A stretch of DNA of 64,000 nucleotides from Azolla caroliniana (GCA_043228905.1 JBHGNT010000006.1:19840001-19904000), one strand, 5' to 3'. Counted from the stretch's first letter, positions 26,901 through 38,298 are shown. Notes: a model not told the origin generated them from the sequence alone. Numbers and translations: made by a program.

Positions 26901-28534
26901 AGGAAAGGACAAAATGCTGGAATACGAAGATCCGATCGACAACGAGTCAACTCACTCCCTTGACAGTGAATTCGAAGGCCTTGACATCCCAATCATCCGG
27001 ACAAATGGAGCCAAGAAGGCCATAGCCTCTGCAAACGAGAAGCTCCATCGCTCCACTCGAGAGAAAAACCTAGTCAGTCGCTTCGACTATGATGAGTATA
27101 TGGCATACCACTATGCCTTTATGATGAAGGTGGCAACTGTCCGAGAACCAGAAACCTTTTCCGAGGCAGCCAAGGATCCACGATGGATCAAAGACATGAA
27201 CGAGCTCCATTACTTCCTCAGTATCGAAGTAATTCGGACACCAGTTCGGATATTGATCTCTCAACGGCATTACATTCTCAACTTACTCTATAAGTTCAGG
27301 ATGATTGAGTGCCAACTTGTGTCTACTCCCCTCGACCGAAATCTCAAACTCAATGCCGATTCTGGAACAAAAAGTTGTGAGCCGATTCAGCATCGACAAC
27401 TTATCGGCAGTTTAATCTATCTAACCATCACATGACCCGACCTCAATTATTCGGTTGGTTTTCTTAGCCAAATCATGTAGAAACCTTGAAATGTTCATCT
27501 TGATTTCACTAAGAGAGTACTAAGGTACGTCCGTGGGATGATGGATTTCGGCATCGTGTACAAATCGGACATGACCATTCGACTCGAAGGGTACACAGAT
27601 GCAGACTAGGTCGGTTACAAAGCTTATCGACGATCCACATCCGGATTTGTCTTCTCCCTCGGCAACGGAGTGATCTCCTAGAGCAACAAAAGTAGCCAAA
27701 TAGTCGCATTGTGAGCACAAAGGCTGAATACAGGGGCGCGATAGTTGCTGCATGCGAAGCCTTCTGGCTGAAGCGCATATTGAAGGATCTGGGCGTTCCC
27801 ATCAAGGATCTGATTCTCCTATACTACGACAATATGAGCAGTATGTACCTGGCTTGTAACCTTGTCTTCCACGCGTAGAGTAAGCATATCGAAGTGCACT
27901 ATACTTCATCTGGGAGTGCGTTTAGGCTGGAGATGTCGATTTACAACACATCAACACGAATCTTTAGGTGTCTGACATCTTCACAAAAGCCCTGGGTTAT
28001 GACAAGTTGTGGTAGTTCACGACAAATCTTGGTCTCTCGATCTCAAAGTAGCCGCGCTTGAGGGGGAGCACCAAGAAACGACAATAACCGCTGCGACATG
28101 GAACAAGGAGCACGAAGCACACGAACAACACGAAGCACCCAAACAGTCAAAGTTGTGTTGACTAACCTTCCGAAAGCTGATTCAACCGAATCGAAAATTT
28201 TTGAGGATTGAACCAAACCACCTTTTTGACATCTAGAAGTTGTGTTTGAAGGGGTGTGTTGAGAACCAAACTCAACTTCCCATAGAGATAGTGTTCACAC
28301 TAGCCAATGGACATCAGACTAGGCTAGTTTTGTAATTAGTAGAAAGGGCATTTGCCCTAGACTAGTTGGTATTTAAACCAACTCCTTGTAACTTAGCTAC
28401 TGTTGCTAACACAACTTCTTGGTCTAAGCTCTCTCTCTCTCTCTCCCTCTCTATGTTTGCCTTACATGCACTCACTCTCACACACAGAGCTCGCGTCCGT
28501 TGCACAACACCACCTACATCTCTCACTCTTTAGA
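23941..28534 (+). mobile_element. Decayed two-LTR Ty1/Copia (element D) with internal deletions
   Basis: LTRs 23941-24227 and 28257-28534; iMet PBS TGGTATCAGAGC at 24228-24239; TSD GTATG (23936-23940, 28535-28539); gag, PR, INT, RT and RH remnants with many stops. Confidence 0.9.
25075..25525. mobile_element. 451-bp insertion (probable solo LTR of another family) in the gag of element D
   Basis: 5-bp TSD GGGAG (25070-25074, 25526-25530); termini TGTT...TAAGA (decayed TAACA). Confidence 0.7.
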
Positions 28535-29269
28535 GTATGGAATGGTCTTTTGGTGTTGGATCCCTTTTTCGGACAGGTACTGTTTGAATGCTCGGGAAGT
28601 GTATTCACCTTTGTTGTCAGATTGGAGTGTTTTTACTCAGTATCCTGATCAATTCTCCACTTCAGCTATCCACCAAGTGAAGATCTCGAGTGCTTCGTCT
28701 TTCGACCTAATCAAGTAGGCCCAGACCTTCCATGTACTATCATCTACAAATGTGATGAAGTATCGGGAGCCTCCTAGTGATCGTTCAGGCATAGGCCCAC
28801 ATATATCTATGTGCATGATCTTTGTCTCGAGCTTCTAGATGTAACCTATCTCCATTAGAGGATCTAATCCGGCTTGAGACATATGACCAAGACGCTCGTG
28901 CAATAGTTTTGGATCCTGCAGTTTGGCGATGTTCACTTCCCCTTCTGGACTCATCTCCATTAGTGGATACAAGTTATTGTACTTATATCCATTTCCAATA
29001 TTTAGATTTCCTCGGTTGATCATCCATGTCGACTCATTGAGAGTCTTTCCGTACCCGTCTTCGGCTAACATGTTGATGGAGACCAAACTCTTTTTGAGCT
29101 CGGGTATGTGCTAGACTTGGTGCAGGGTGATCGTTAATACTTTCTAATAGATATGTAGATATGTTACATATGTTTCTATAATTTAAATGTAAATTTGATG
29201 TTTGAATTGAGATGGCTTATTCCCCTCTATCTTAAGGTGTTGAACTCTTAGAAGTTCTCTAATACGAAG

Positions 29270-30089
29270 GGGGATTTCCACCACGTATATGCTCTGTACT
29301 TGATGTTGTTGATGTTACGGTGCTAACGGACAAAATGACTATTGATGTAGATTAGTTGTTGTCAGTCTACAAAGTAACCAAAGTAAAAGGGAAGATGAAG
29401 ATCAAGCATGTACATCCTGAAATTTATGAGGACTGCATGATGTTTCATCAAAAAGTGCGTCAAGAGATATTAGTCAACAACGCGTTGTCCGTTGCCTTCG
29501 CTAGAGCATTTACATACGAGAATTGTACATCTACAAGGGAATTGACTTACAACCTTTTGTATTGGCTAGCATGGGCGCTTGCAAGTGAGATATTGATAGA
29601 TAGAGCGTTGCTGCAAGATGGGAAATTTACAACAAAAGATGGCAAGAATGTGGAACATGACAATTGATGATGCAACTACCGACTCTCGGCAAATAATGAA
29701 GAAGAGACCAAACTATCATTTCCACATACCAATGTTGATTGATGGTGAGACATTGTTTCAGTGACTAAAGAAAAATGTCAATGAAGCATGTGAGACGTTG
29801 GAAGCCGCAAAGGCTGACCTAGAAAATTCAACATTAATTATTGCCATGGAAAACAAGGTCAACATGGCAATCATAGAAATACGGAGGAAGATTGATATTG
29901 CCAAGCGTGGGCTTGAAAGGAACAAGTCGTTGGATCCCGAGCATAGGATCCAACAATGAACTTCTAGGGCTTAAACATGTTGTAAACAATGATGTTCTAG
30001 ACCTCTAGGTAAGATCATTACTTCTTTCAATATCTTCATTGCTAGTTAGTTCATCCTCTTTGCAGGAACGATACCTCAATCGAGAAGAC
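29270..30089 (+). pseudogene. Decayed uncharacterised, probably spliced gene with coiled-coil C-terminus; last exon continues at 48876-48959 and 54374-54438
   Basis: ORF remnants (29356-29667 and onward), GT..AG intron-like segment 30009-30065; an open terminal frame is restored when elements C and F are removed. Confidence 0.45.
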
Positions 30090-30547
30090 CGAACAATTAG
30101 TTCTTTCAATATCTTCATTGCTAGTTAGTTCATCCTCTTTGCTGTAAAAAGTAACGTGCGGAAGCAAATATGAAGACCGAACAGAAGGAAGGAAACTCAG
30201 GTTCAATGGAGAGCTTGAGCTTAAACGGTATACGTGGGAGAGACAGAGAGAGTGAACTCAAAAAACTATATTCAACAATAATACTCAATCTGTACATAAG
30301 ACGTGCTCAGTGAGCACTTTTATACAAGTCCTAAAAGGACTGACCGAAGTACTGACAGTACTTCAATGCTCATCAAGAGCTCCTACACTAACTCCCAAAT
30401 ATATTCCTCACGGAATATCTTTCCTAACGGCCTCCCGGTTTATGCACTCGGCCTAACCGATTGGTCCCAACCGATCCGGTCCTCAGCTTCTTCAGCCGAT
30501 CCGGCCGATGTTGAGCTTGTCTCTCAACACTCCCCCTCAAGCTCAAC

Positions 30548-31642
30548 TCAAGGCTCTTCGGGATCCTCGGGCTCATAGCTCCGGTTCCTCCTAGCTTCAC
30601 GCCTCGCTCGCGCTCCTCGACCTGTTCGACTCCGCGCGCTTCGACCCTTCCGGTCGGCTTGTTTGCTCATGTGGCCCTCATCAGCTCTTCTGTCGTTGCG
30701 GTGTTGACGCTTCTTCTGCTGCCTTTTCTTCCGCTTGGGCCTCGGTTGATTCAGCGTGTCTGAATCAAACATACGAACCGACTCGGCTACCTCCGATCGG
30801 TCTTCGCTCTCATCCGAGTTGGCTGTCTCCAACTCGTCTTCGGTCTTCTCGCCCTCGATGGCGTCATCCTCCTCATGCGTGGTTGGCTTCGGCTCTCTCC
30901 TTCGGTTGCTCCCCTTCTGTCTGCTTCCGAACTTTTCCGCGGGTTCGCCCTCGGCTTCTTCAGCCGATCTGATGTCGAACTTGTCAACCGACTCGGTGTC
31001 GCGGTGTCCGCTCCTTTCCTGCTGCCTTGCTTGGTCGTTCGGGACTGTTCTCCCCCTCAAGTTCGGCACGTCAAGGTGACGCAACTCGAGCGCACCTGAG
31101 AATTGCCGCAACTTGTCCAGACCAAGTGGCTTGGTGAAGATGTCGGCAGCCTGCCGATCCGTCGGAACATACTGAAGTTTGACTTCACCGGAAAGGACAC
31201 GCTCACGGACGAAATGGTAGTGCACCTCAATGTGCTTGGTCCGTGCATGGAAAACAGGGTTTTTCGCGAGCTGGATGCTGCTGAGGTTGTCGCAGTAGAT
31301 CGTCGTCGGATCGGACACCTCCTCTTGCAGGTCCTTAAGTAGCCGCTTCAACCATATGGCTTCGCATGTCGCGACAGCCGCTCCTCGGTACTCTGCTTCG
31401 GTGCTCGACAGTGCAACTGTCGGTTGCTTCTTACTTCTCCATGCGATCGCGGCACTCCCGAGGGAGAACGCGTATCCGGACGTGGATCGGCGATCGGCGG
31501 CGTTGCCAGCCCAATCAGCATCGGTGTAGCCGACTAACCGCGTGGCTGCACCGGTCCGATATAGCAGTCCCCGGTCCTTAGTGCCGTTGACATACCAAAG
31601 TATGCGTTGTGCACACTGAAGGTGCTCCTCGGTAGGTCGCGC
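30548..31642 (-). pseudogene. Element C pol 3' part: RT end, RNase H and about 170-aa charged C-terminal extension
   Basis: IYCDNLSSIQLAKNPVFHARTKHIEVHYHFVRE and ADIFTKPL motifs; frame stays open to 30548. Confidence 0.85.
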
Positions 31643-31777
31643 TGTCGGGGTAGTTGTGGTTCGTGCGGCAAAGTCGCGGGGACTAAGGTTAAGGGGAGTT
31701 GAAGAAACTTAAGTTTAATAAGGCTTGTATGGTGATGATAGAATGGTTAAGGATAGTAAGATGAAGAGTTACAAGTA

Positions 31778-31822
<45 letters not shown>

Positions 31823-32024
31823 CGAGAGAGAGACGAGCATAGATAAAAGATAGAGACAATGTATGATTCAAGAAAGAAGATTGAGACAAAGTATGATTCT
31901 AGAAAGAAGATCGAGACAAAGTATGATTCAAAGAACAAGAGTATATGATATAAACATGATGTATATTAAAAATATAATATTTTACCAACTTTACAATCCT
32001 TGATCGCAAGATGAATCTTTTCAA

Positions 32025-32097
32025 TACCGACCCTTGATTTGAACCCTCGACCTCAACTTCGAAACGAGAGGTTCTCCACCCAATGAGCTAGTCTTCT
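32025..32097 (-). promoter_or_regulatory. tRNA-like Pol III A/B-box module in G1 3' LTR (element sense); twin at 44123-44199
   Basis: Minus strand TAGCTCATTGG ... GGTTCAAATC with tRNA-like spacing. Confidence 0.55.
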
Positions 32098-32794
32098 TCA
32101 ATTGATTGTATTATTTTTTTCACTCTCTCTTGATTCCTTCATTCCCTTTTGTTTTCCTTTCCCCTCTTTTTATAAGTATTTCCATGCATATGGTAATGTC
32201 ATGCATGTAATGCATGAGTTACATCTGATGCATGATCGCCATTTGGCGCACATGCATTGCATGTGATGCATGATAGCCATCATGCTCATTTGAGCTCCCA
32301 TGTATTGGGATAAGTATAATGATGGATATAACCGTATGTTATATATAGGGCTCGGCCACAACCGAGAAATAGGATTAACTTTCAGAAAACAGGAATTACA
32401 AAATACACGAAGATAATGGGGAGAAGAGTACACAGGATATTTTACGTGGAAAACCCTAAGTGGGAAAAACCACGGGAGTCCTCAAACTCCAACTATCACT
32501 ATATGCAGAGATGTACAATGATGAAGCTACAAGGCAACAACCTTGAGCTCACTGTCTTCGCCACAGGCGGCGGTAATACACTGAGGCAACGACCTCTTCG
32601 TCTCTCTCTCTCTCTCTCTCTCTCTCGCGGCTGCTCTCACTTCGCCTAAAAATGAGCAACAACATAAAACTGTTTGCCCTAAGTCATATTTATACACATA
32701 TGACTTTCGGGCTATTTACAAATATAGCCTCAAGGGGCCCTTGGCAAACATATTCACAAATATGTCCCCGCATCCGGATCTCTCTCCGGGTACA

Positions 32795-32990
32795 TTCGTC
32801 ATCCGGCTCCGTAACCGGGGTCTTCGTCATCCGGCTCCGTAACCGGGGTCTTCGTCATCCGGCTCCGTAACCGGGGTCTTCGTCATCCGGCTCCGTAACC
32901 GGGGTCTTCGTCATCTGGCTCCGTAACCGGGGTCTTCGTCATCCGGCTCCGTAACCGGGGTCTTCATCATCCGGCTCCGTAACCGGGGTC
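32795..32990 (-). repeat. 28-bp tandem repeat x7 in U3 of element E (twin array 37711-37893)
   Basis: Unit TTCGTCATCCGGCTCCGTAACCGGGGTC. Confidence 0.92.
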
Positions 32991-33141
32991 TTCATCATCC
33001 GGATCCGTATCCGGGTACTCTTCATCCGGCTTCATGCCGGGTACTCTTCATCGTCTGGTTCCGTAACCGCAACCGGGCTTGCCGTTATTCATCTTCGGAC
33101 ATCCCATCCGGAGGGACCGTAAATCCCAACAAACTCCCCCT

Positions 33142-36100
33142 TCACTTCGGCATGGGATGTCTCTCCAATCCGATCCTCTTCCGGCATGCTTCCAGCTTGT
33201 CGGGTGTAAGTACCTTGGTCAGCATATCCGACCCGTTCTCGTCCGTGTGGATCTTCGTCAGCACGAACTCCTTGTCTTCTATCCTTTCCCGGATCCAGTG
33301 ATATCTTCGCTGGATGTGCTTCGTCCGGGAGTGATAGGCCGCGTTCTTCGCAAGGTGGATGGCACTCTGACTGTCGCAGTAGAGTCGGTACTCCTCTTGC
33401 CGTATTCCGAGCTCTCTAATGAAGTCCTTCATCCATATTATTTCCTTGGCGGCTTCAACAGCCGCCATGTACTCCGCCTCTGTGGTTGACAACGCAACCG
33501 TCTTCTGCAGCCTCGACTGCCACGAAACAGCTCCCCCTCCATACGTCATCACATACCCTGATGTGGACCGGCTGGTATCTGCATCAGCCGACATATCAGA
33601 ATCAGTAAAGCCGTCGAGTTCGGGCTTACCGGAGCCGAATCGGAGGCACACGTTTGCCGTGCCCTTCAGGTATCGGAGTATCCACTTGGCCGCGTTCCAA
33701 TGCTCTCTGCCGGGATTGCTCATGTACCGGCTCACCACTCCGACTGCATATCCTATGTCCGGTCTCGTACACACCATGGCGTACATCAAGCTCCCGACGG
33801 CTGAGGCATACGGCACTTCCATCATATCCTCCTTTTCAGCCTTTGTCTTGGGACTTTGCTTGCTGGTCAGCTTGCAGTTTGCCGGGAGGGTCGATCCGAC
33901 CGGTCTTGCTTCCGACATGTTGAACCGTTGAAGCACCTTTGTCACGTACTTCTCCTGTGACAGCCACAACTGCTTCTTCTTCCGGTCCCGGATGATGTGC
34001 ATCCCTAGTATTTGCCTCGCCGGACCCAGGTCCTTCATTGAGAAGGTTCGGTGAAGCGCTTTCTTCAGCGCCCGTATCTTGACCTGGTCCCGTCCGACGA
34101 TCAACATGTCGTCCACGTACAGGAGGAGTATTAGAGAGTCTCCTCCTTCGAACTTCTTCACAAACACGCAGTGGTCGGACTGCGTTTTGAGGTACCCTTC
34201 GTCGGTCATGAAGGAGTCAAACTTTCGGTACCATTGCCGGGGAGCCTGCTTTAGTCCGTAAAGGCTCTTCTTCAACCGGCATACCAGGTGCTCCTTCCCT
34301 TTCTTCTCGAATCCTTCCGGTTGCTGCATGTAGATCTCTTCTTCGAGGTCACCGTGAAGGAATGCCGTCTTCACGTCCATCTGTTCTACCTCGAGGTCCA
34401 TGCTTGCCGCTATGCTCAGCACCGTCCGGATGGAGGTCATCTTCACTACCGGGGCAAATATCTCGTCGAAGTCGACGCCCTTCTTCTGCTGGAACCCCTT
34501 CACCACGATCCTGGCTTTGTATCTCGGGGGGTTTCCGGCATCTCCCGGTTTCAGCTTGAACACCCACTTGTTTCGAAGTGCCCGCTTTCCTTTCGGCAAC
34601 TCCACAAGTTCATATGTGTGGTTCTCATGCAGGGAATCCATCTCATCCTGCATGGCACTCAACCACCTGCGGCTCTGGGTGTCGTGCTTTGCTTCTTCAA
34701 AGCTCTCCGGCTCCCCCTCGTCGGTTAGCAGCACGTGCTCTGGTTCCGGAAATCTCCGGGGGGCCCTTCTCTCTCTTAGAGGATATCTCCTTTCCGGAGC
34801 TTCAGTAACCGGTTCTTCCGATTCTTCTTCATCCGAATCAATTTCGGGATCGGGGCCGGTTCCGGTATTATTTTCATCTTCTTCGGCCGGTTCTGTTTCT
34901 TCACCGTCTTCGGCCGGATCCTCGAGTGCTAACCGGTCTCTTGCCGGTCGGGACTGCTCCTCGTAGAGTTGATCCTCACCGGTCGACTTGGAGCTCTTCA
35001 TCTTCTTCTCCGACTCCCAGTCGGCGAGTGTCTTGTCCTCCATGAAGATGATATCTCGACTCCTGAATATCTTCTTGTCGACCGGGTCCCATACTCGGTA
35101 GCCGAACTCGTCGTCGCCGTAACCGAGGAATATGCATTGCCGGGTCTTTGGATCTAGCTTTCCTCTCCGGTCCTTTGCCACATGCACGTATGCGAGACAC
35201 CCGAACACTTTCAGATGCCGGTAGGACACTTCCTTACCGGTCCACACTTTCTGCGGCGTGTCTCCGTCCAAAGGTACTGAGGGTGATCTGTTTATCACGT
35301 ATGTCGCCGTCGACATTGCCTCAGCCCAAAACCCCTTGGGTAATTTCGCATGCGCCAGCATACTCCGGACCCTCTCCATTATGGTCCGGTTCATCCTCTC
35401 GGCCAGCCCGTTCAGTTCCGGCGTCTTCGGCACAGTAAACTCGAGCCGGATTCCCTTCGAGCGACAGTACTCCTGGAACTGCCCCCGGTATTCCCCTCCG
35501 TTATCCGCTCGTATCGCTTTCAGCTTCTTGCCGGATTCCCTTTCCACTCTCGCGTGGAGTTCTTTGAAGACGGACAATACTTGGTCCTTTGTCTTCAACG
35601 GTGCCGTCCACAGTCTTCGGCTGTGATCATCTATGAATGTTACGAAGTACTGGGCTCTGCCATGTGACTTCGTTTCTACCTGACACACGTCGGTGTGCAC
35701 CAACTCCAATGGTGCGCTACGTCTCGTCGGTGGCCTTGAGTGGAAGGAGGTTCGGTTCTGCTTACCGGCCAGGCAATCGGTGCACTTCTCCAGGTGCACA
35801 TGCTTCACTGGGATAAGGTTGTCTTCTGCAAGCCTCTTCATCCCCTTCTCACTCATGTGACACAGTCTTTTGTGCCACAGCTCACCGGCAGTGTCGGCTG
35901 CCACATTCAGCTCTTCCGGACATAACCGGGCATTCATCAGGTACAGTGTGTTGTCTTTCCGGGCCCGAGCCACTATCAGGCTCCCTTTGCTGAACTTCAT
36001 GACACCATTCCGGATGCTACCCGTGTAGCCTTCATCATCTAGCCTCCCGGCCGAGATCAGGTTCAATCGGACCTCCGGAACGTGTCGCACATCTTTCAGC

Positions 36101-37215
36101 AGCATCTTGCATCCGATTGATGTCATCAGCCACACGTCTCCTATGCCGGCAATCCGGCACGTACCTTCATTTCCCATCCGGACACAGCCATGCTCACCGG
36201 CTGTGTAGGATGAGAAGTATTTCTTCTCCGGGGTCAGGTGGAACGACGCTCCGGAATCGACCACCCAGGTCATCTCTACACCGGCAAGGTTCAGCTCCCT
36301 CTCTTCGGTAATGAGCATTATCTCTTCTTCACTTGCCGCGAGTGCCGTCGTTCCTTTCCGGTCCTGCCCTCGCCGATCCGAACCTCTCCGGTCCGTGGCT
36401 CCCCGGTATGCACCGTTTCTCTCCGGTGATTTCTTCGAATCGGTGTCGTCGACTCCGTTGTCTTTTCGGTAATGCCGACAATTCTTCCGGAAGTGCCCCG
36501 GCTTCCCACAGTGGAAGCATGTTGGCCTTCCTCTTGACTGCGACCGGGTTCCCGACTTCTCCCGTCTTTGCGGACTCCGGTTCCACTGTCTTCCCCGTTC
36601 TGATTCGGTAAGCAGCGCCTTCGAGTCGGAGGCCGGTTCTTTATCTCTCCGACGCGCTTCTTCGTTCAAAATACTTGTCTTTACCGTTTGTAGAGACAAG
36701 TTATCTTCGGTGCAGGAGGTGCTGAGAGTCACCACCAAGTTCTCCCAGCTGTCCGGCAATGTACACATCAGGATGATGGCTTGCATTGCATCCTCCAACG
36801 GGAACTTGATCGCCGCAAGCTGGTTCACGAATCCCATGAACGTGCTTACGTGTTCCACCATATTCTCGCCGTCCCGGTACTTGAGGTTCACTATCTTCCT
36901 CATCAGGGAGGTCCGGTTCAACGCATTCTTCCTCTCATAGAGGCCCGACAGCTTCTTCCACATCTCATAGGCGTTCGTATCGTTCGCCACATGTTGCAGG
37001 ACACTTACATCGACATATTGCCGGATCGTCGCTACGGCTTTCCGGTTCAGGAGCTTCCACTCCGACTCTATTACCCCCTTGGGTATCTCGGCATTGTCGA
37101 TCGGTTCGTATAGATCTCGGACGATGAGAAGGTCTTCCATCTTTATCTTCCAGTCGGCGTAGTTCTGTGAGTTCAACACCATCATGCCCGGAGGCCCACT
37201 ACCGCCGCCTTCCAT
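33142..37215 (-). CDS. Copia Gag-Pol polyprotein (1357 aa, intact)
   Basis: CCHC knuckle CFHCGKPGHFRKNC, protease WVVDSGAS, integrase DDE, RT YVDD, RNase H. Confidence 0.96.
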   Translation of the reverse strand: MEGGGSGPPGMMVLNSQNYADWKIKMEDLLIVRDLYEPIDNAEIPKGVIESEWKLLNRKAVATIRQYVDVSVLQHVANDTNAYEMWKKLSGLYERKNALNRTSLMRKIVNLKYRDGENMVEHVSTFMGFVNQLAAIKFPLEDAMQAIILMCTLPDSWENLVVTLSTSCTEDNLSLQTVKTSILNEEARRRDKEPASDSKALLTESERGRQWNRSPQRREKSGTRSQSRGRPTCFHCGKPGHFRKNCRHYRKDNGVDDTDSKKSPERNGAYRGATDRRGSDRRGQDRKGTTALAASEEEIMLITEERELNLAGVEMTWVVDSGASFHLTPEKKYFSSYTAGEHGCVRMGNEGTCRIAGIGDVWLMTSIGCKMLLKDVRHVPEVRLNLISAGRLDDEGYTGSIRNGVMKFSKGSLIVARARKDNTLYLMNARLCPEELNVAADTAGELWHKRLCHMSEKGMKRLAEDNLIPVKHVHLEKCTDCLAGKQNRTSFHSRPPTRRSAPLELVHTDVCQVETKSHGRAQYFVTFIDDHSRRLWTAPLKTKDQVLSVFKELHARVERESGKKLKAIRADNGGEYRGQFQEYCRSKGIRLEFTVPKTPELNGLAERMNRTIMERVRSMLAHAKLPKGFWAEAMSTATYVINRSPSVPLDGDTPQKVWTGKEVSYRHLKVFGCLAYVHVAKDRRGKLDPKTRQCIFLGYGDDEFGYRVWDPVDKKIFRSRDIIFMEDKTLADWESEKKMKSSKSTGEDQLYEEQSRPARDRLALEDPAEDGEETEPAEEDENNTGTGPDPEIDSDEEESEEPVTEAPERRYPLRERRAPRRFPEPEHVLLTDEGEPESFEEAKHDTQSRRWLSAMQDEMDSLHENHTYELVELPKGKRALRNKWVFKLKPGDAGNPPRYKARIVVKGFQQKKGVDFDEIFAPVVKMTSIRTVLSIAASMDLEVEQMDVKTAFLHGDLEEEIYMQQPEGFEKKGKEHLVCRLKKSLYGLKQAPRQWYRKFDSFMTDEGYLKTQSDHCVFVKKFEGGDSLILLLYVDDMLIVGRDQVKIRALKKALHRTFSMKDLGPARQILGMHIIRDRKKKQLWLSQEKYVTKVLQRFNMSEARPVGSTLPANCKLTSKQSPKTKAEKEDMMEVPYASAVGSLMYAMVCTRPDIGYAVGVVSRYMSNPGREHWNAAKWILRYLKGTANVCLRFGSGKPELDGFTDSDMSADADTSRSTSGYVMTYGGGAVSWQSRLQKTVALSTTEAEYMAAVEAAKEIIWMKDFIRELGIRQEEYRLYCDSQSAIHLAKNAAYHSRTKHIQRRYHWIRERIEDKEFVLTKIHTDENGSDMLTKVLTPDKLEACRKRIGLERHPMPK

Positions 37216-37509
37216 TTTCTGTGTTACCGTTGCTCTGATACCAGTTTGTTATATATAGGGCTCGGCCACAACCGAGAAATAGGATTAACTTTCAGAAAAC
37301 AGGAATTACAAAATACACGAAGATAATGGGGAGAAGAGTACACAGGATATTTTACGTGGAAAACCCTAAGTGGGAAAAACCACGGGAGTCCTCAAACTCC
37401 AACTATCACTATATGCAGAGATGTACAATGATGAAGCTACAAGGCAACAACCTTGAGCTCACTGTCTTCGCCACAGGCGGCGGTAATACACTGAGGCAAC
37501 GACCTCTTC

Positions 37510-37544
<35 letters not shown>

Positions 37545-38044
37545 GGTTGCTCTCACTTCGCCTAAAAATGAGCAACAACATAAAACTGTTTGCCCTAAGT
37601 CATATTTATACACATATGACTTTCGGGCTATTTACAAATATAGCCTCAAGGGGCCCTTGGCAAACATATTCACAAATATGTCCCCGCATCCGGATCTCTC
37701 TCCGGGTACATTCGTCATCCGGCTCCGTAACCGGGGTCTTCGTCATCCGGCTCCGTAACCGGGGTCTTCGTCATCCGGCTCCGTAACCGGGGTCTTCGTC
37801 ATCCGGCTCCGTAACCGGGGTCTTCGGGACCGGGGTCTTCGTCATCCGGCTCCGTAACCGGGGTCTTCATCATCCGGCTCCGTAACCGGGGTCTTCATCA
37901 TCCGGATCCGTATCCGGGTACTCTTCATCCGGCTTCATGCCGGGTACTCTTCATCGTCTGGTTCCGTAACCGCAACCGGGCTTGCCGTTATTCATCTTCG
38001 GACATCCCATCCGGAGGGACCGTAAATCCCAACACCGTAAAACA

Positions 38045-38250
38045 AATAACCTAGCTTAGTGGTGTATGGTTTGTGCTTGATATACAAGGTTGAGGGTTCA
38101 AGTCCCTCAATTTTACTTAATACAATATATAGCTTCATTCTTATATCATGAAGCACATTTATTACACACTTTTACAAATAAATAGCCTAGCCTAGTGGTA
38201 TGTACATTGTACATCGTATATAAGGATGTGGCTTCAAGTCTCTCAAATAT
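38045..38250 (+). promoter_or_regulatory. Two tandem tRNA-like A/B-box modules (136-bp period) in G1 3' LTR, antisense to the element
   Basis: A boxes TAGCTTAGTGG (38052) and TAGCCTAGTGG (38188); perfect T-arm GAGGG-TTCAAGT-CCCTC in unit 1. Confidence 0.65.
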
Positions 38251-38298
38251 TATTAAATACAACATTTAAGCTCATTTTTATATCGTGATGCACATTCT

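Larger units (their letters stand above)
23590..29130 (-). mobile_element. Decayed Copia protease-integrase fragment split by element D (23590-23940 and 28535-29130)
   Basis: HERLGHMS, YFITFVDD and KRTKLASHATKCIFL motifs; sequence continues across the GTATG TSD. Confidence 0.72.
32337..38034 (-). mobile_element. Intact young Ty1/Copia (element E, Tnt1-like) inserted in the 3' LTR of G1
   Basis: Near-identical LTRs 32337-33131 and 37247-38034; TSD CCGTA (32332-32336, 38035-38039); iMet PBS 37232-37243; PPT 33132-33142; intact ORF. Confidence 0.97.

Noticed and set aside
16586-29130. One Copia joining element A with the 23590-29130 integrase fragment
   Set aside because: A resembles family E/F while the integrase fragment is clearly divergent from it; no 5' LTR or TSD supports the link.
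32795-32990. Regular 28-bp repeats resembling a CRISPR array
   Set aside because: Head-to-tail with no unique spacers, inside a eukaryotic LTR, no cas genes.
33419-37113. Many plus-strand ORFs opposite the Copia polyproteins (also 49894-53645)
   Set aside because: Antisense shadows of a GC-rich intact ORF; shared only because E and F are near-identical.
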